Notes under the pieces: model-generated | Told to the model about the DNA's origin: nothing | Databases searched by the model: none | What the model saw: only the letters and a program-made list of their open reading frames with translations | DNA from: Gnetum montanum | Taxonomy: Eukaryota; Plantae; Gnetophyta | Length of the DNA stretch: 64,000 nucleotides | Assembly (NCBI GenBank): GCA_015680685.1 | Contig: MNCI01002363.1 | Span: 568,866 to 632,865 of the forward strand | Direction: 5' to 3' | Position numbers and translations under genes: made by a program | Shown: piece by piece, positions 52,773 to 64,000 of the stretch | Layout of the letters: each line of letters begins with the position of its first letter | How positions within the stretch are numbered: position 1 is the first letter of the stretch

Positions 52773-53198
52773 GTCGGTGTGGATGCATGCGTGTGTGTCC
52801 ATATGATCTTGTAAACAAAAGAAACTAGAGAAAATAATGTTAAATAGCAACTGAAGAAGACATGAACTAAAATGCACAAGTAAATAGAAAACTATGTGAA
52901 AGGGTGGTAGTTTAAGGCCATTTCAGGCCACAGTTTAGTTTAAGGCCTTTTCAGGCCATGAGAGAATGCGTAAGCTAGTACAACACAAATGAACGTGACA
53001 TATGCACAACAAAAGAATGTGAAGAGTATGTAGAGATCCAACTTGTTTTTGGCCACAGGGGTGTTTTGATCGTGTGGTTGTCGCCTAACCAGTTGTAGTT
53101 TTGGAAGCATTTTAGACTTAGGCTCCGCTGGGAGGCTTATGGTTTTTACCACTCGTTCAAGCATTTTAGCTCTAAATACTGTGTCGGTTGCCACACGT

Positions 53199-56100
53199 CT
53201 AGGCATTTTTGGCTCTAGGTGTTACGTTTGTTGCTGTGTGTGTTGCTTCAAGAGGCTTCCCTTTCAAGACTTGTGACATGTCTATGTTGTGGTCAGCTTG
53301 AAAGGGAGTGTTGCCGCCATGTATAATGACTTGTCCACCTTCGTATGGAAGGTGGATTTCTTGATGTATCGGTGAGGAAATGGCTCGTTGTTGTGCTAGC
53401 CAAGGTTTGCCAAGAATCATGTTGAAACTGGGCATCTCTTCTATGATAGTGAACTCCGCGCTGGTGGGGAATTGTTCACCTGCCATGAAGGCTAGGTTAA
53501 TCGTGCCCTTGACTGTGACACATGATTCATTGAAGGATTTTAGACACATGGTTTCTATTGGCATGATCTCGTTTGCCATGCCTAGTTTATCGATGACGGA
53601 GTATAGAACTACGTTTGTTGCTGCGCCATCATCAATGTGCACTGTGTGAATGGTACATTGTCCAACACGTATGCTAATCAATAATGGAGCTGTTGTGACC
53701 TCCCCTCGTTCGAGGTTGACTTTAACTGCATCATTGCAGAAGGCTAAGGTGTTTGAACCCAATCCCTGTGGTGTGTGTTGTGAAATCATTGTATGGATGG
53801 ATTCCATGTTAGCAGGGATGTCCTCTGTAACAGGAATGGATGCTAACGTTTGTGCTAAGGCTTCGCGATGAGCCAATGATGTCATGACCAAGTCGTACAA
53901 GCTCAAGGTTGTGTTCTTTTGTTTGAGTGTTTTTTTCACCTAGGCCAATGTAGCTACAAAGTCTGTGTTATTTGTCATTGTGTTGGTTGCCTCTGTATGG
54001 GTCAAGGGCTTGGGCCTGGTTTGTTTGGGATGAGGGGGAGGGCCCCCAGCGTTCGGTTGCTATGTACTCAGTGTGGCCTTTGCTTCGGCTATGGATGTTA
54101 TTCGTTGTTCGTTTGTCCTCTTCTTCTACCATTTGATAGGGTTACCCGTGTCGTTGGCAAGGTTGACTCTTGAAGGAGAAGAGGTTGAGACATTGCCTAC
54201 AGTTGGGCTCTAGGTAGGTGAGGGGCCATGGCGTGGTGGCACCTTTATGAAAAATGGTAGTTTGGAAGGAGTCGTTGGTGTTTGACTACCTTGTTGTGGC
54301 ACCTTGATAACGAAAGGTTTCTTTGCTATTGTCATTGGTGTGTCGTGCCAGTTTAACGTCTTAGCGGATGACTGTGGTGGTAGTACTTTGACCATGAAGG
54401 GTGTCGTCGGTGCCCTAGGTGGCACCTTGATGACGATGGGAGGCCTCTTGCTCGTGGAGGCAGAGGGGATTGTTGCCTTGCTGGGAGGCACACGGATCAC
54501 AAAAGGTTGCCGCACAGGTTTAGGCTTACTATCTATGCCAATGGAGTTTATGACATAAGAGGCATCATCTGTGCTGGGTTGATTCAGGGTGTTGACATTC
54601 AGTTGGCCCTGTTCTATCATTTCTTGTAGATCATCCTGTAACGCATGGTAGGTTTCGGTGTTGTGAGTAGACATCTGGTGGTAGTGATAGAATTGGTCTA
54701 ACTTGAAATGTCGTGGAACCGGGGGCTCATTTGGTGCTGCTAAGGTGGGGTTCCTTAGTAGCTCGCAGTACCTATTATGTCTTCAGCGGGCATTTTCTGC
54801 TACTTGTTTGTATTGGGCTTTCCCGATTTTGAGGAGTTTCTCTAGTAGTTCAGAGGGTTGCATGGGTAGCGGCGTATACTTAGAGCGATCCTTGCGCTGA
54901 AAGTTGGGCCTTGGGGTGGCCCCTGTCGTTGCAGGCTGGTTGGTACTGGTGTTTATTGTTTTTGTGCTTACGGCTACAGTTTCCATTGTTGTCTGTTATT
55001 TGGCAACGTGTTGGTTCTTGTAAGCCACATAGGCGAGATCATTGTTGGCTTGTGCAGCTTGTTCAATGTTCTTGATTTGCGTGAAAGCTTGGCTCAACGT
55101 TTGAGTGCTTAGGTAGTACAGTTTTGACTTAACGAAGTTATTCACGGCTTCCTTCAGAATCATAAGCAAATATGTTTCAGGGATGGACTCATGAAGTTTG
55201 TTAAGGACTATGCTCCATCGTTGAATGAACTTCTGCACAGGCTCTAGTGGCGCTTGTTTCACTTGTATCAGAGTGTCTAGTGTTGCTTTAGGCTTCAAGT
55301 TGTACTTAAACCTAGTAACGAATTGGTGTAATAGATCCTCAAGAGAGGATATGGAGTTACATAGCAGGGCTCGGTACTAATCTAAGGCTACGCTCGTTAA
55401 GGACATAGTAAACACATGCAAGATTGCGTGGGGCCAAGCTTGAAGCAATAGAGTCTCTGATTGGAATGTTACCAAGTGAGCATTCGGGTCTCCCTTGCCG
55501 TTGTACTTGGCTAACTGTGGGAGTGTGATTCCCTTGGGTAAAGCTAACGGTGGCATTGAAGAGCTAATTGGATCATTGTGGTAGAAGTCCAGTACTTTAA
55601 CTGCTTCAGTGTTGGCAGTTTTGAGGTGCTGTACCTCGTCAGCTAATGCTTGCATCCATTATTTTGCTTCTGCCCACTCTTGAGTGGTAGGCAGATTAGT
55701 TGGTTGGGGAGATTGTGTTATCAATTGCTGTTGCGGAGGAACGTCTAGGGTTGTGGTTTTGGGATGTGGCATGTTGAAGTGAGTGGGTTGTTGAATAAGG
55801 GGTATGGTTCCTCACCTAGCCACAAACTGTGAAGTGACACCCTAAATGTATGGGGCCAATGTAACGAAAGTGACCCCATGTGTTTGCACTGGCAGCATGT
55901 ACTGGGTGGATGTGGATGTGGGTAGTCCATGTCAGGATGCTGATGCTTGCGTGCTCGTTGACGCGTGGTGAGTGGCCATCTGTCCTATGGAAGGGTGGAA
56001 TGATGGGTTCACATAGGCATGGGGACTGAGGGTATGGTATGAATCCTCAGGTTCAGATTGTGCCTCAAAGTAATCTACATCATGTTGGTTTTGGGGCTCC

Positions 56101-56363
56101 TCAGTGGGTCACTGTGTGTTTTGGCTCCTTGCCAGAAGGAGCTGAGAGATGAGTCAGTGATGAGGCTCAGAAAGGGGGATGATCCTATATACAGAGGGGA
56201 TGAATTCATGACCTCCCATGTATGTGTGCTCGAAGTTTCATTTTGCCTCCTGTTCTGTGGTGTCAAGGGGAAGGTTGGCCTAAATCTTCACACAGATAAA
56301 GTTGTACTATTCTTATGTGAGGATTACGAAGGTGCGTGTGTTAGAGTTTTGAGATGACTCCAT
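53199..56363 (-). pseudogene. Element C gag-protease polyprotein (in-frame stops)
   Basis: LPKGITLPQLAKYNGKGDPNAHL (gag), FIQRW, YH..STHNTETYHALQDDLQEMIEQG (Ogre-type knuckle remnant), SLYDLVMTS..HREAL, protease VHIDDGAATNVV and FNMILGKPWL. Confidence 0.85.
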
Positions 56364-56413
56364 GATGATGTGTGACGAGGTAGTGTACAGGCTGGCTAAT
56401 TGTGCAATGTGTG

Positions 56414-56560
56414 CAGCGTGTGAACACTAAAAATGTTTCTAAGTGTCCAGCGTGTGAACACTGAAAATTTGTCTAAGTGTCCAGCGTGTGAACACTAAAA
56501 ATTTTCTAAGTGTTGTCAGCGTGTATAGCATAAACAGGAGAAAAATTTGGCTAAGTGTGA
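56414..56560. repeat. Tandem repeat of about 35 bp, 3-4 copies (element C 5' UTR)
   Basis: CAGCGTGTGAACACT(A/G)AAAAT..TCTAAGTGTC units. Confidence 0.85.
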
Positions 56561-56779
56561 AATTATGAATAGTGTACTCAGCATATAACCCTGTATTCTC
56601 AGTGTGTGAGGGTTATACACAGCGTGTGAACACTAGTCAAGCGTAGAGACCACTCTCACAGCGTACAGGCACTGTTGTCATTGTATAGGAACTGGTCACA
56701 GCGTGTGAACTGGGTTCACAGTGTACAGACTACAACAGTCAGCATGCAGACAGAGTGGTTAGCGTGTTGAAAATGGTGG

Positions 56780-57250
56780 CAGCATGTAGACAGGGTCTAT
56801 AGAGTGTAGGAAAACAGGATAGCATGTAGACAGGGTCTACAGCATGCAAGAAAACAAGGCAACATGTAAACAGGGTCTACAGCGTGCAGGAAAACAAGGC
56901 AGTGTGTAGACAAGGTCTACAGTGTGTAGGAACACAAGGCAGCATGTAGACAGGGTCTACAGCGTGCAGGAAAACAAGGCAGCGTGTAGACAAGGTCTAT
57001 AGTGTGCAGGAAAATAAGGCAGCATGTAGACAGGGTCTGCAACATGCAGGAAAATAGGGTAGCATGTAGACAGGGTTTGCAGCATGTAGGAAAATAGGGC
57101 AGCATGTAGATAGGGTCTACAGCATGCAGGAAAACAAGGTAGCGTGTAGAAAGGGTCTATAGTGTGTAAGAAAACAAGGCAGCATGTAGACAGGATCTAC
57201 AGCGTGCAGGAAAACAAGGAAGCGTGTAGACAAGGTCTACAGCATGCAGA
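56780..57250. repeat. 40-bp minisatellite, about 12 copies (element C 5' UTR)
   Basis: AGCATGTAGACAGGGTCTACAGCGTGCAGGAAAACAAGGC units, each containing a GTAGAC..GTCTAC palindrome. Confidence 0.92.
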
Positions 57251-57602
57251 GTAAGTGGTCAGCGTATACCAAGGGTGTAGTACAATATGCAACCTTATAG
57301 GTAAGAAAAACTAAGTGTTTTAAGATAAAAATGAAAGAATAAGGCAGCGTGTATCCTAGAAAAATGAAAATTTTGCAAAGCGAAAGGCTAAGTCACAGTG
57401 TGTACCTGGTACATCGTGCAGATCTGGCTGAAGAGGTTGCAGATCTGGATGAGAAAAACTCAGATCTAGAGCTGATGAAGGTAGATCTGATGGAACCAAG
57501 AGTAGATCCGGGACCATGAGGAGTAGATCTGAAGAGATCGGGCCTAGATCGAAGTAGATATGAGAAATGATGAAGAAGGGCCCTTCTTCTAGCACCATAA
57601 AC

Positions 57603-59489
57603 TGTACTGTCTAAAATCTTCGGTGCAAGGCTGAAATGAAATAGACATTAAGAGATCTATAGATAGGCACAAAAGACTCTACCTTCGCTTGAGGGCAAGC
57701 TAGAATGGACGAAGGCAGAGTGCCTTGAATGGTCCGCACACAAATCAAACGAGGAGTTCCCCAACGTACACACTTTGCAATGCGTTGGGTTATACGTAAA
57801 CGATGCACATTAAATGTAAACCATAATGTAAATAGACACAATAATGTAAACTGGAATGTAAACGTAAACTGGAAAAACAAAGAAAACTGCAATAAATCTA
57901 GTTAAAAATGTAAACTTTTTTGTATTAAAAAAGTGATTACAGCGTGCANAAAAATGTAAACTTTTTTGTATTAAAAAAGTGATTACAGCGTGCACCGGTC
58001 AGAACGTAGTTGTGGATTAATCACAAGGCGGACATTTAGCCCCAGTGGGTGATGATAGGTGTTGGGAGATGCAGGTTTTGGGTTGCAGGGAAATGCAGCG
58101 TCCAAGTCTGATGCCCAGCGTATAGAGGTTTTTTCCCTAGATTTGCTAAGTGTACCAGATCCAGTTTTTTTGTCTCCGTTTGTAAAAATTACCCACCCTT
58201 GATCTAGTGAAAAATTGGGGTTTTTATGAGATCTTGGGCATTAAATTTAGATCTGGAAGGGTATGAGTGGCCGTGGGTGAGAAAATTTTAGGTTTAATGA
58301 CATGTGGCTATGTTGCCTGAGTGCAAAGAATATTACAACTGTACAGCGTGTTGCATGCCAGCGTGTACACACTGGGCGTGCAGAGTATGTATGCTTAGCA
58401 TATAGATCATGGAAGTGCATCATTTTGAGGTTGAATCTTCATTTCTGGGAGCCTAGGATGATGCCTGACAATTACCTTGCCTCTGAGAGTCGATTGTAGG
58501 TGGAGATCTTGTTCTGGGGTGCTTGTTTTGAGAGATCCTTGATGGTGCATGCTGGGCATGTAGGAATGAAAACCCATCATTTGGAGCCCAAAACTTGATT
58601 TTCAGGAGCCTAAGAGCTATTGAGGACCTTGGTAAAGTTCCTAGGGGGTCCAAACGCTCAATTTTGGCATGTTTTGGCTCATTTTTGGGGCCTAGAAGTT
58701 GCTGCACGCTGAGATGCACGCTAGGCATGCAGGAATGAAAACCCATCATTTGGAGCCCAAAACTTGATTTTCAGGAGCCTAAGAGCTGTTGGGGACCTTG
58801 GTGAAGGTCCTGGGAGGTCCATACACTCAATTATTGCATGTTTTGGCTCATTTTTGGGGCCTAGAAGTTGCTGCATGCTAAGCTGCATGCTGAGTGTGCA
58901 GGAATGAAAATCCATCATTTGGAGCCCAAAACTTGATTTTTAGGAGCTTGAGAGTTGCTGGGGACCTTGGTGAAGGTCTTGGGGGGGTCTAGACACTCAA
59001 TTCTAGCATGTTTTGGCTCATTTTTGGGGCCCAGAAGTTGCTGCACGCTGAGCTGCACGTTGGGCGTGCACGCTGGTGTGCAGGAATGAAAACCCATCAT
59101 TTGGAGCCCAAAACTTGATTTTTAGGAGCCTGAGAGCTGCTGGGGACCTTTTTGAAGGTCCTAGGGGGTCCAAACACTCAATTTTGGCATGTTTTGGCTC
59201 ATTTTTGGGGCCCAAAAGTTGCTGCACGCTGAGCTGCACGCTGGGCATGCAGGCCTATGTGCAGGAAGTATACTTAGTTAAAACTAAGTGTTTTAAGTTT
59301 GAAGCTTGCAGTTCTTGTTGCCAGATGTTGATGTAGCCTCCAATGGATCTCAGGGAACTTTTACTTGCTTGATTCGACTCCGTTTGATGTTATTTGTAAA
59401 GTTCGCAAGTTTCAGTCATGCTGGGAAGCATCATGACTTAGCTCGATTCTTGTCCGAATGTGTTAGGTCCAAATTTTTGTGGTGTTTCA
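57603..59489 (-). repeat. 5' LTR of element C (1887 bp; 4 internal units of about 170-180 bp)
   Basis: AGGAATGAAAACCCATCATTTGGAGCCCAAAACTTG... unit at about 58562, 58731, 58900 and 59082. Confidence 0.9.
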
Positions 59490-60325
59490 CCACTCTTCAC
59501 TGGAAGTGATTGTGGGCCACATAGGAGAGTTATGTAGTTAATTCTTAACTTCTAGAGGTGCAAACTCCAAGAAAGATCCAAAGTTTAACTTTTGGAGGAT
59601 ATATTTTTAGACCTCCTTGTTCACGATCTACTTGAGGCAGGCCTTTGTCAAGATAACCTTAAGGTTTGGTCTAGGCTCTAGTGCTTCATCTCGGTTAGAC
59701 TGTTACATTGCGGCTGCTTCCTTAAGAATTTGTTGGATAGATTCCACTTTGAGCTTCTCTCAAAGAGGTCCCATGGCATGGGTCTGTACTTGCTCATTGA
59801 GTTTTTCTTGGCCCCTTCCTGTTCTTGGCTATTTTTCCCTCAGTTGGGATAGTTCTCCTTTCTATGCATGCTTTCCTTTTGGCACCATCTGTAGTCACAA
59901 CATAACCAAGGATTAGCATTCAATATGTAACTTATAACATTTTACATTAGGCAGTTACACTTAGGCTAAGTTTTGACCATGGTAGATTGATTATTTTATT
60001 ATTATTTTAATGATTTTTAACTTAGAATGTTATTAAAGCTTGTCGGAAGGGTTTACCTCTCATGATTTGATGTTTTCATGTTGATTTCTTAGTTAAACGT
60101 TTGTGGGAGTTAGAAATTTTTTCAAAAAAAATTTTCATCAAAAACTTAAGGTTTGTGGCCCCCACAATGAAGAGCTTACCTTTGGTAGCTATAGGGTTGA
60201 AGAACGGAGTGATTTGAATAAATGAGTAGGAAGATATGGCCCTTGAAAGGTTTTGGGCTCTTGAAAATTTAAAAACTCCCCTTTCATTTATGAGCAAATA
60301 TGAAAAATTCTTAAGTGCTCACACG

Positions 60326-60335
60326 TATTTATAGG
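60326..60335 (-). promoter_or_regulatory. Candidate internal TATA box for the element B env-like ORF
   Basis: CCTATAAATA on the minus strand, about 270 bp upstream of a GT-AG intron that ends at the ORF ATG. Confidence 0.45.
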
Positions 60336-62059
60336 CATTTTTGCCTTGGGTCAATGAGATCTTGTCGATGGGTGGGCTACATATACGGGGTCCCATCAAT
60401 AGAGCTGTACTGGAAAATTTTTCACATTGAATATCTCAAAAAATACAAGGAGTTTTTGCATGAAATTAGAATCTATGGAGAGTCATAAAAGTTGTGAACA
60501 TGATGAAAATGTTAGAAGAGGGCTTGGAAATTTATAAAAATGGAGAATTGATGGGAAAATGAAATTTCAATGGAGAAAATGCCTTAAGTAGTGCACATTT
60601 AGATTTAACCAATGGGGTGCACAAAAGATTTGACTACGAAAATGCCTAAGGATAAGGAACTTAACTAACCTAGCCAAGAGACATGTAAGTGGGTCCTCCC
60701 CATAGTAGGCTCATGCCCTTTTTTCCCTTGCAAATATTCAATCCAAGGAGTTCATGCACCCCATAGTTGATTAATGGTTATGAAAAGTTAAGGATTGAAT
60801 CCAGAAGAATCTACCTAAGAACCTTAACATGTCAAGCTAAGACATCGAACAAGACATTAAAATTAGTAGTGAGGTGAATTATGGAAAGCATTGATGGATG
60901 AGAGAGAAGACAGAATGGAGTTCATAATCATGGTCACATAAAGTCCCTTATGGATGTTATAGTTAAATGACTCGATAAAGTCCATCCTTAGTCTAGATCA
61001 AAACCAACCACTTTTAGTGACTTTGCATTGCCACTTTAAGATTAGTCCACCTCCTTAAGACACAAGAATGCTCCCATAGATTAATCACTATTCTTTATTT
61101 GAGAAGAAAAGAGAAGTAGGAAGTGAGAAAGGGCCTTAGTTAGAGGGAACCTTTAGGCATGGGTAACATGTCTTTCTAGTTCCATAACTAGTGCTTATAG
61201 CCCATTATTTTGTCTAAGGGTTGTGCTCTAAATTTCCATCATGTTTTTTTTTGAATTTTATGTTTTTATGGATTTTNGAATTTCCATCATGTTTTTTTTT
61301 GAATTTTATGTTTTTATGGATTTTTGNATGAGAACCACACCATGAAAAGGCTTATTAACTTCTTATTATTGGTCAACATAGAATGGTAAAAAATCCATGA
61401 AAACACAATTACACTCAAGTGAGTAGAAAGGCATAGAGAACATTGAGTTTCCTTGAAGTCATATCCTTTGCAAACCTTTAAATCTTTTCCAAGTTTGAAA
61501 ACTACCAAGGTCATAAGTTCATTAGAGTTGCATTAATGAAAAAGGGACCGCATACTTTCAAAAACTAGGAAGACCATAGAGTTTGTGGATGGATGGATGA
61601 TGTGGACTCACTGCCTATTCCATGAAAAAGAAACCATGTCTTAGTCATTAGTCATCAAAATTCAAGGAATAGAAACTAGACATTAGTAATCAAAAACATT
61701 AAGTACAAACCACCATTAGCAAAAAACTACAACATGACTATGTCCTGTTGGCAACAAAGTACTTTATTAGAAACAAGAAGAAAAATTCACACCTAAATAA
61801 AGTAAAATATAAAAGAAATTGGAAAATTTTCAAGAATTTTAAAACATACTAATGATGTTGTAAAACAAAAATTGGGAAAAATAATAAAGTGTAAAACAAA
61901 AAGTTATTAAAAATAAGGAAAGTGTAAAACAAAAAGTGTAAAAACAACAAGGTGTAAAACAAAAAGTAGAAAAAATTGAAGTCATTTTAATGATTAGCAT
62001 ATATGGCCATCTCCTCCATGACTAGGTTGGAAGGAGGAGATCTAAAAAATTGAGCATGG

Positions 62060-64000
62060 TTATCCATCCAAGGAGGTGTTACTTTCATTGGCTTACTTAG
62101 GTGCATGGAAAGGTTTAATTATTGAATGTTGACCTGTTGCTTCTTGTTTGGGCTCTTAGGTTTGTAAATTAACATGGCCTCAGAAGGAAAGGTTTCATAA
62201 ATGATGTAAGGCCCTTCCCACAATGTTTGAAACTTAGTCTTTTAAGGAACATGTGTAGGGTTCTAGTAAAGGACCTTTTTTCTAAGTTGAAATTTAACTT
62301 TCCTTATTCTAAGGTCATGGTATTTTTTGTTGAATGCCTTGTGCACTTCATATAATAGGACCACTAATTGATTCTCATCTAGCACATTAAGGTTGATCAA
62401 TCTTTCTTTCTATGCTAGGCTAAGGTCAAGATCTAGGTCATAGGCTATTGAAAGTGTATGAAGCTTGGATTGAATTAGAAGAGTTGGTAATTTTCCATAC
62501 ACCAACTCATAGGGAGAGTAGCCTATAGGAAGTTTCCATGTGGAGTGGTAGGCTCAAAGGGCATCATTGAGTTTTGTGCTCCAATCATTCTTATATTTGC
62601 TAATTGTTCTTGTTAAGATTTTTGAGATCTCCCTATTAGTAACCTTAGCTTGATTGTTGGCTTGGGGGTTGTAAGGTGTTAATTTATGTTCAAGCCCCAA
62701 GTGTTGCATGAACTTGCAAAAAGTAGCACTTGTAAAATGAGTTATATTATCAAAGATAAGTGCATGTGGCATCCCAAACCCATTTACAACATTTTGTTGT
62801 ACAAACTAAGCAGCAGTGGAAGATGTATAGTCAGTGATAGCTATTGCTTCTACCCATTTGTACAATAGTCAATAGTGAATATTATGTATGCCTTTCCATT
62901 TGACATGGATGTGATGAGACCCATGAAGTCTATGCCCTAGATATCAAATGGTTCTAGTGATTAGATCCACTACTAAGGCTCCTCCATTTGAGTGGTCATC
63001 CCACCATCGCATTGGCAGCGTTCATAAGAGCAGATGAATTAGTGGGTGTCCTTGAAGATTATTGGCTAGTAATACCCTACCATTAAGATCTTAATGGACA
63101 TGCATCTCCCTACATAGTGGTCCCTATAAGGACCATTATGAGCATCTTGGAGAACATGTAGTTGATTAGCATCAGGAATGCATCAATGAACTAGGCTATC
63201 GATGCACACCTTGTAAAGATGTTCATTAATCTCCATGAAGCATTTCGCTTGATTAAGAGACTATTGTTTCTTCCTATGGTCTAACTCTTGTGGCATCTCT
63301 TGAGTAAGAAGATAAGTGAGGAGGCCATCATACCATGTAGGTTTAGTAGACACTTGTTCATTGATTACACCAACAAAGAGGAGTTCATCAAGAAACTAGT
63401 CTAAAAGCAGGCTCTCCTCCTCTTTCTTGTCCCATCATAACTTAGACAAGTGATCAGTAACCACATTCTTAGTTTCCTTTTGATCTATCATTGTAAGATC
63501 AAACTCCTATAAGATCACTAGCCATCATATGACATGGAGCTCATTGTCAACTTGTTCATCAGGAAGCAAATTACACTATGATCTATGTGCACAAACACCT
63601 TGTATTCAAGCACATAGTGTCTAAATGTTTCTAAGGCATAGTTCGAGCATCCATCATGATGTGAAATGGATGGAACCAATCAGGTTCTCATAGGATTAGA
63701 GTTTCTATAAGATTTTCTTTGAGTTACTGAAATGCCTTTTCACATTCCTTAGTTCATATGAATAGAGCATCTTTCTTTGTAAGCTTGACTAATGGTTTAG
63801 CGATATTAGAGAAATTCTCTATGAATCATTGGTAGTAGCGAGTGTGTCCAAGGAATGACTAGACATCTTTAATGATTTTTGATTGATAGGTTATTCCTTG
63901 GATGATCCTAATCTTTTTAGAGTCTACCTCAATCCTAGCTTGAGAAATTCTATGCCTTAGCACAATGTCCTCCTAGATCATGAGATGACTCTTTTGCCAA
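62060..64000 (-). pseudogene. Element B pol pseudogene (RT end, RNase H, integrase)
   Basis: Homologous to the reverse complement of element A 43600-45690; integrase core motifs in ORF 62554-62772. Confidence 0.88.

Larger units (their letters stand above)
49670..59489 (-). mobile_element. Element C: Tat/Ogre-like gypsy element encoding only gag and protease (non-autonomous)
   Basis: LTRs 49670-51179 and 57603-59489; TSD CCACT (49665-49669 and 59490-59494); PBS TGGTGCTAGAAGAAGGG; PPT AAAGAGGGGCCAA; no RT/RH/INT motifs seen. Confidence 0.9.
49171..59888 (-). pseudogene. Element B env-like accessory ORF (Transposase_32/Athila type), split by element C into 59888-59490 and 49664-49171
   Basis: ATG at 59888 (MVPKGKH..). 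After the insertion: TYLFWNN, MIKIKDILVSYLVKAIIEALGL, LTTMEHAYFKIIAFHLNP..CATLSSRFPINLPQLIYLEI..ALSFSCLIQKLY. Lies between pol and the 3' LTR. Confidence 0.7.
38142..64000 (-). mobile_element. Element B: Athila-like Ty3/gypsy retrotransposon with env-like ORF; host of nested elements A and C; continues beyond the window
   Basis: 3' LTR split into 38142-38717 and 48548-48856 (minus strand starts TGATGAAG after PPT AGTTGTGGGGGTA). Decayed RT/RNase H/integrase at about 62060-64000 (GIDFMG, PHALIFDNITHF, TPYNPQAN, WSTKLNDAL). Env-like ORF at 59888-49171. Confidence 0.85.

Noticed and set aside
52245-57250. CRISPR-like arrays
   Set aside because: Eukaryotic context; units are tandem with no unique spacers and no cas genes.
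57904-57994. 45-bp direct repeat around a single N (similar cases near 50814 and 61230-61330)
   Set aside because: Exact duplications flanking an N are typical contig-join artefacts, and this one is absent from the other LTR.

Overview
AT-rich, repeat-dense land-plant nuclear DNA (species not identifiable from sequence alone) with two N gaps (about 25773-26684 and 43392-43477). It holds one host gene, ERG28, on the minus strand: three coding exons (31868-31754, 30564-30358, 11198-11119; 133 aa) with a 19.2-kb second intron filled with retroelements. The left part contains decayed LINEs and a U6 snRNA pseudogene. Intron 2 contains two diverged copies of an L1-type LINE, three RTE 3' ends, a gag-only copia element and a Penelope-like GIY-YIG remnant. 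The right part is a nest of Ty3/gypsy elements. An old minus-strand Athila-like element (B, 38142 to beyond 64000) carries a sister Athila-like element (A, 38718-48542, TSD TTGTA) in its 3' LTR, and a gag-protease-only Tat/Ogre-like element (C, 49670-59489, TSD CCACT) in its env-like ORF. The most novel-looking signal is in the two intronic L1 copies. Their ORF2 continues in frame past the zf-RVT zinc finger into a domain that resembles the Athila/SIRE env-like 'putative plant transposon protein' domain (Transposase_32 type), followed in copy 1 by a long coiled coil, where plant L1s usually have RNase H. This suggests a LINE that has captured an LTR-retrotransposon accessory gene; a likely homologue of that domain sits in element B in the same window. 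All domain calls are by motif recognition, not database search.
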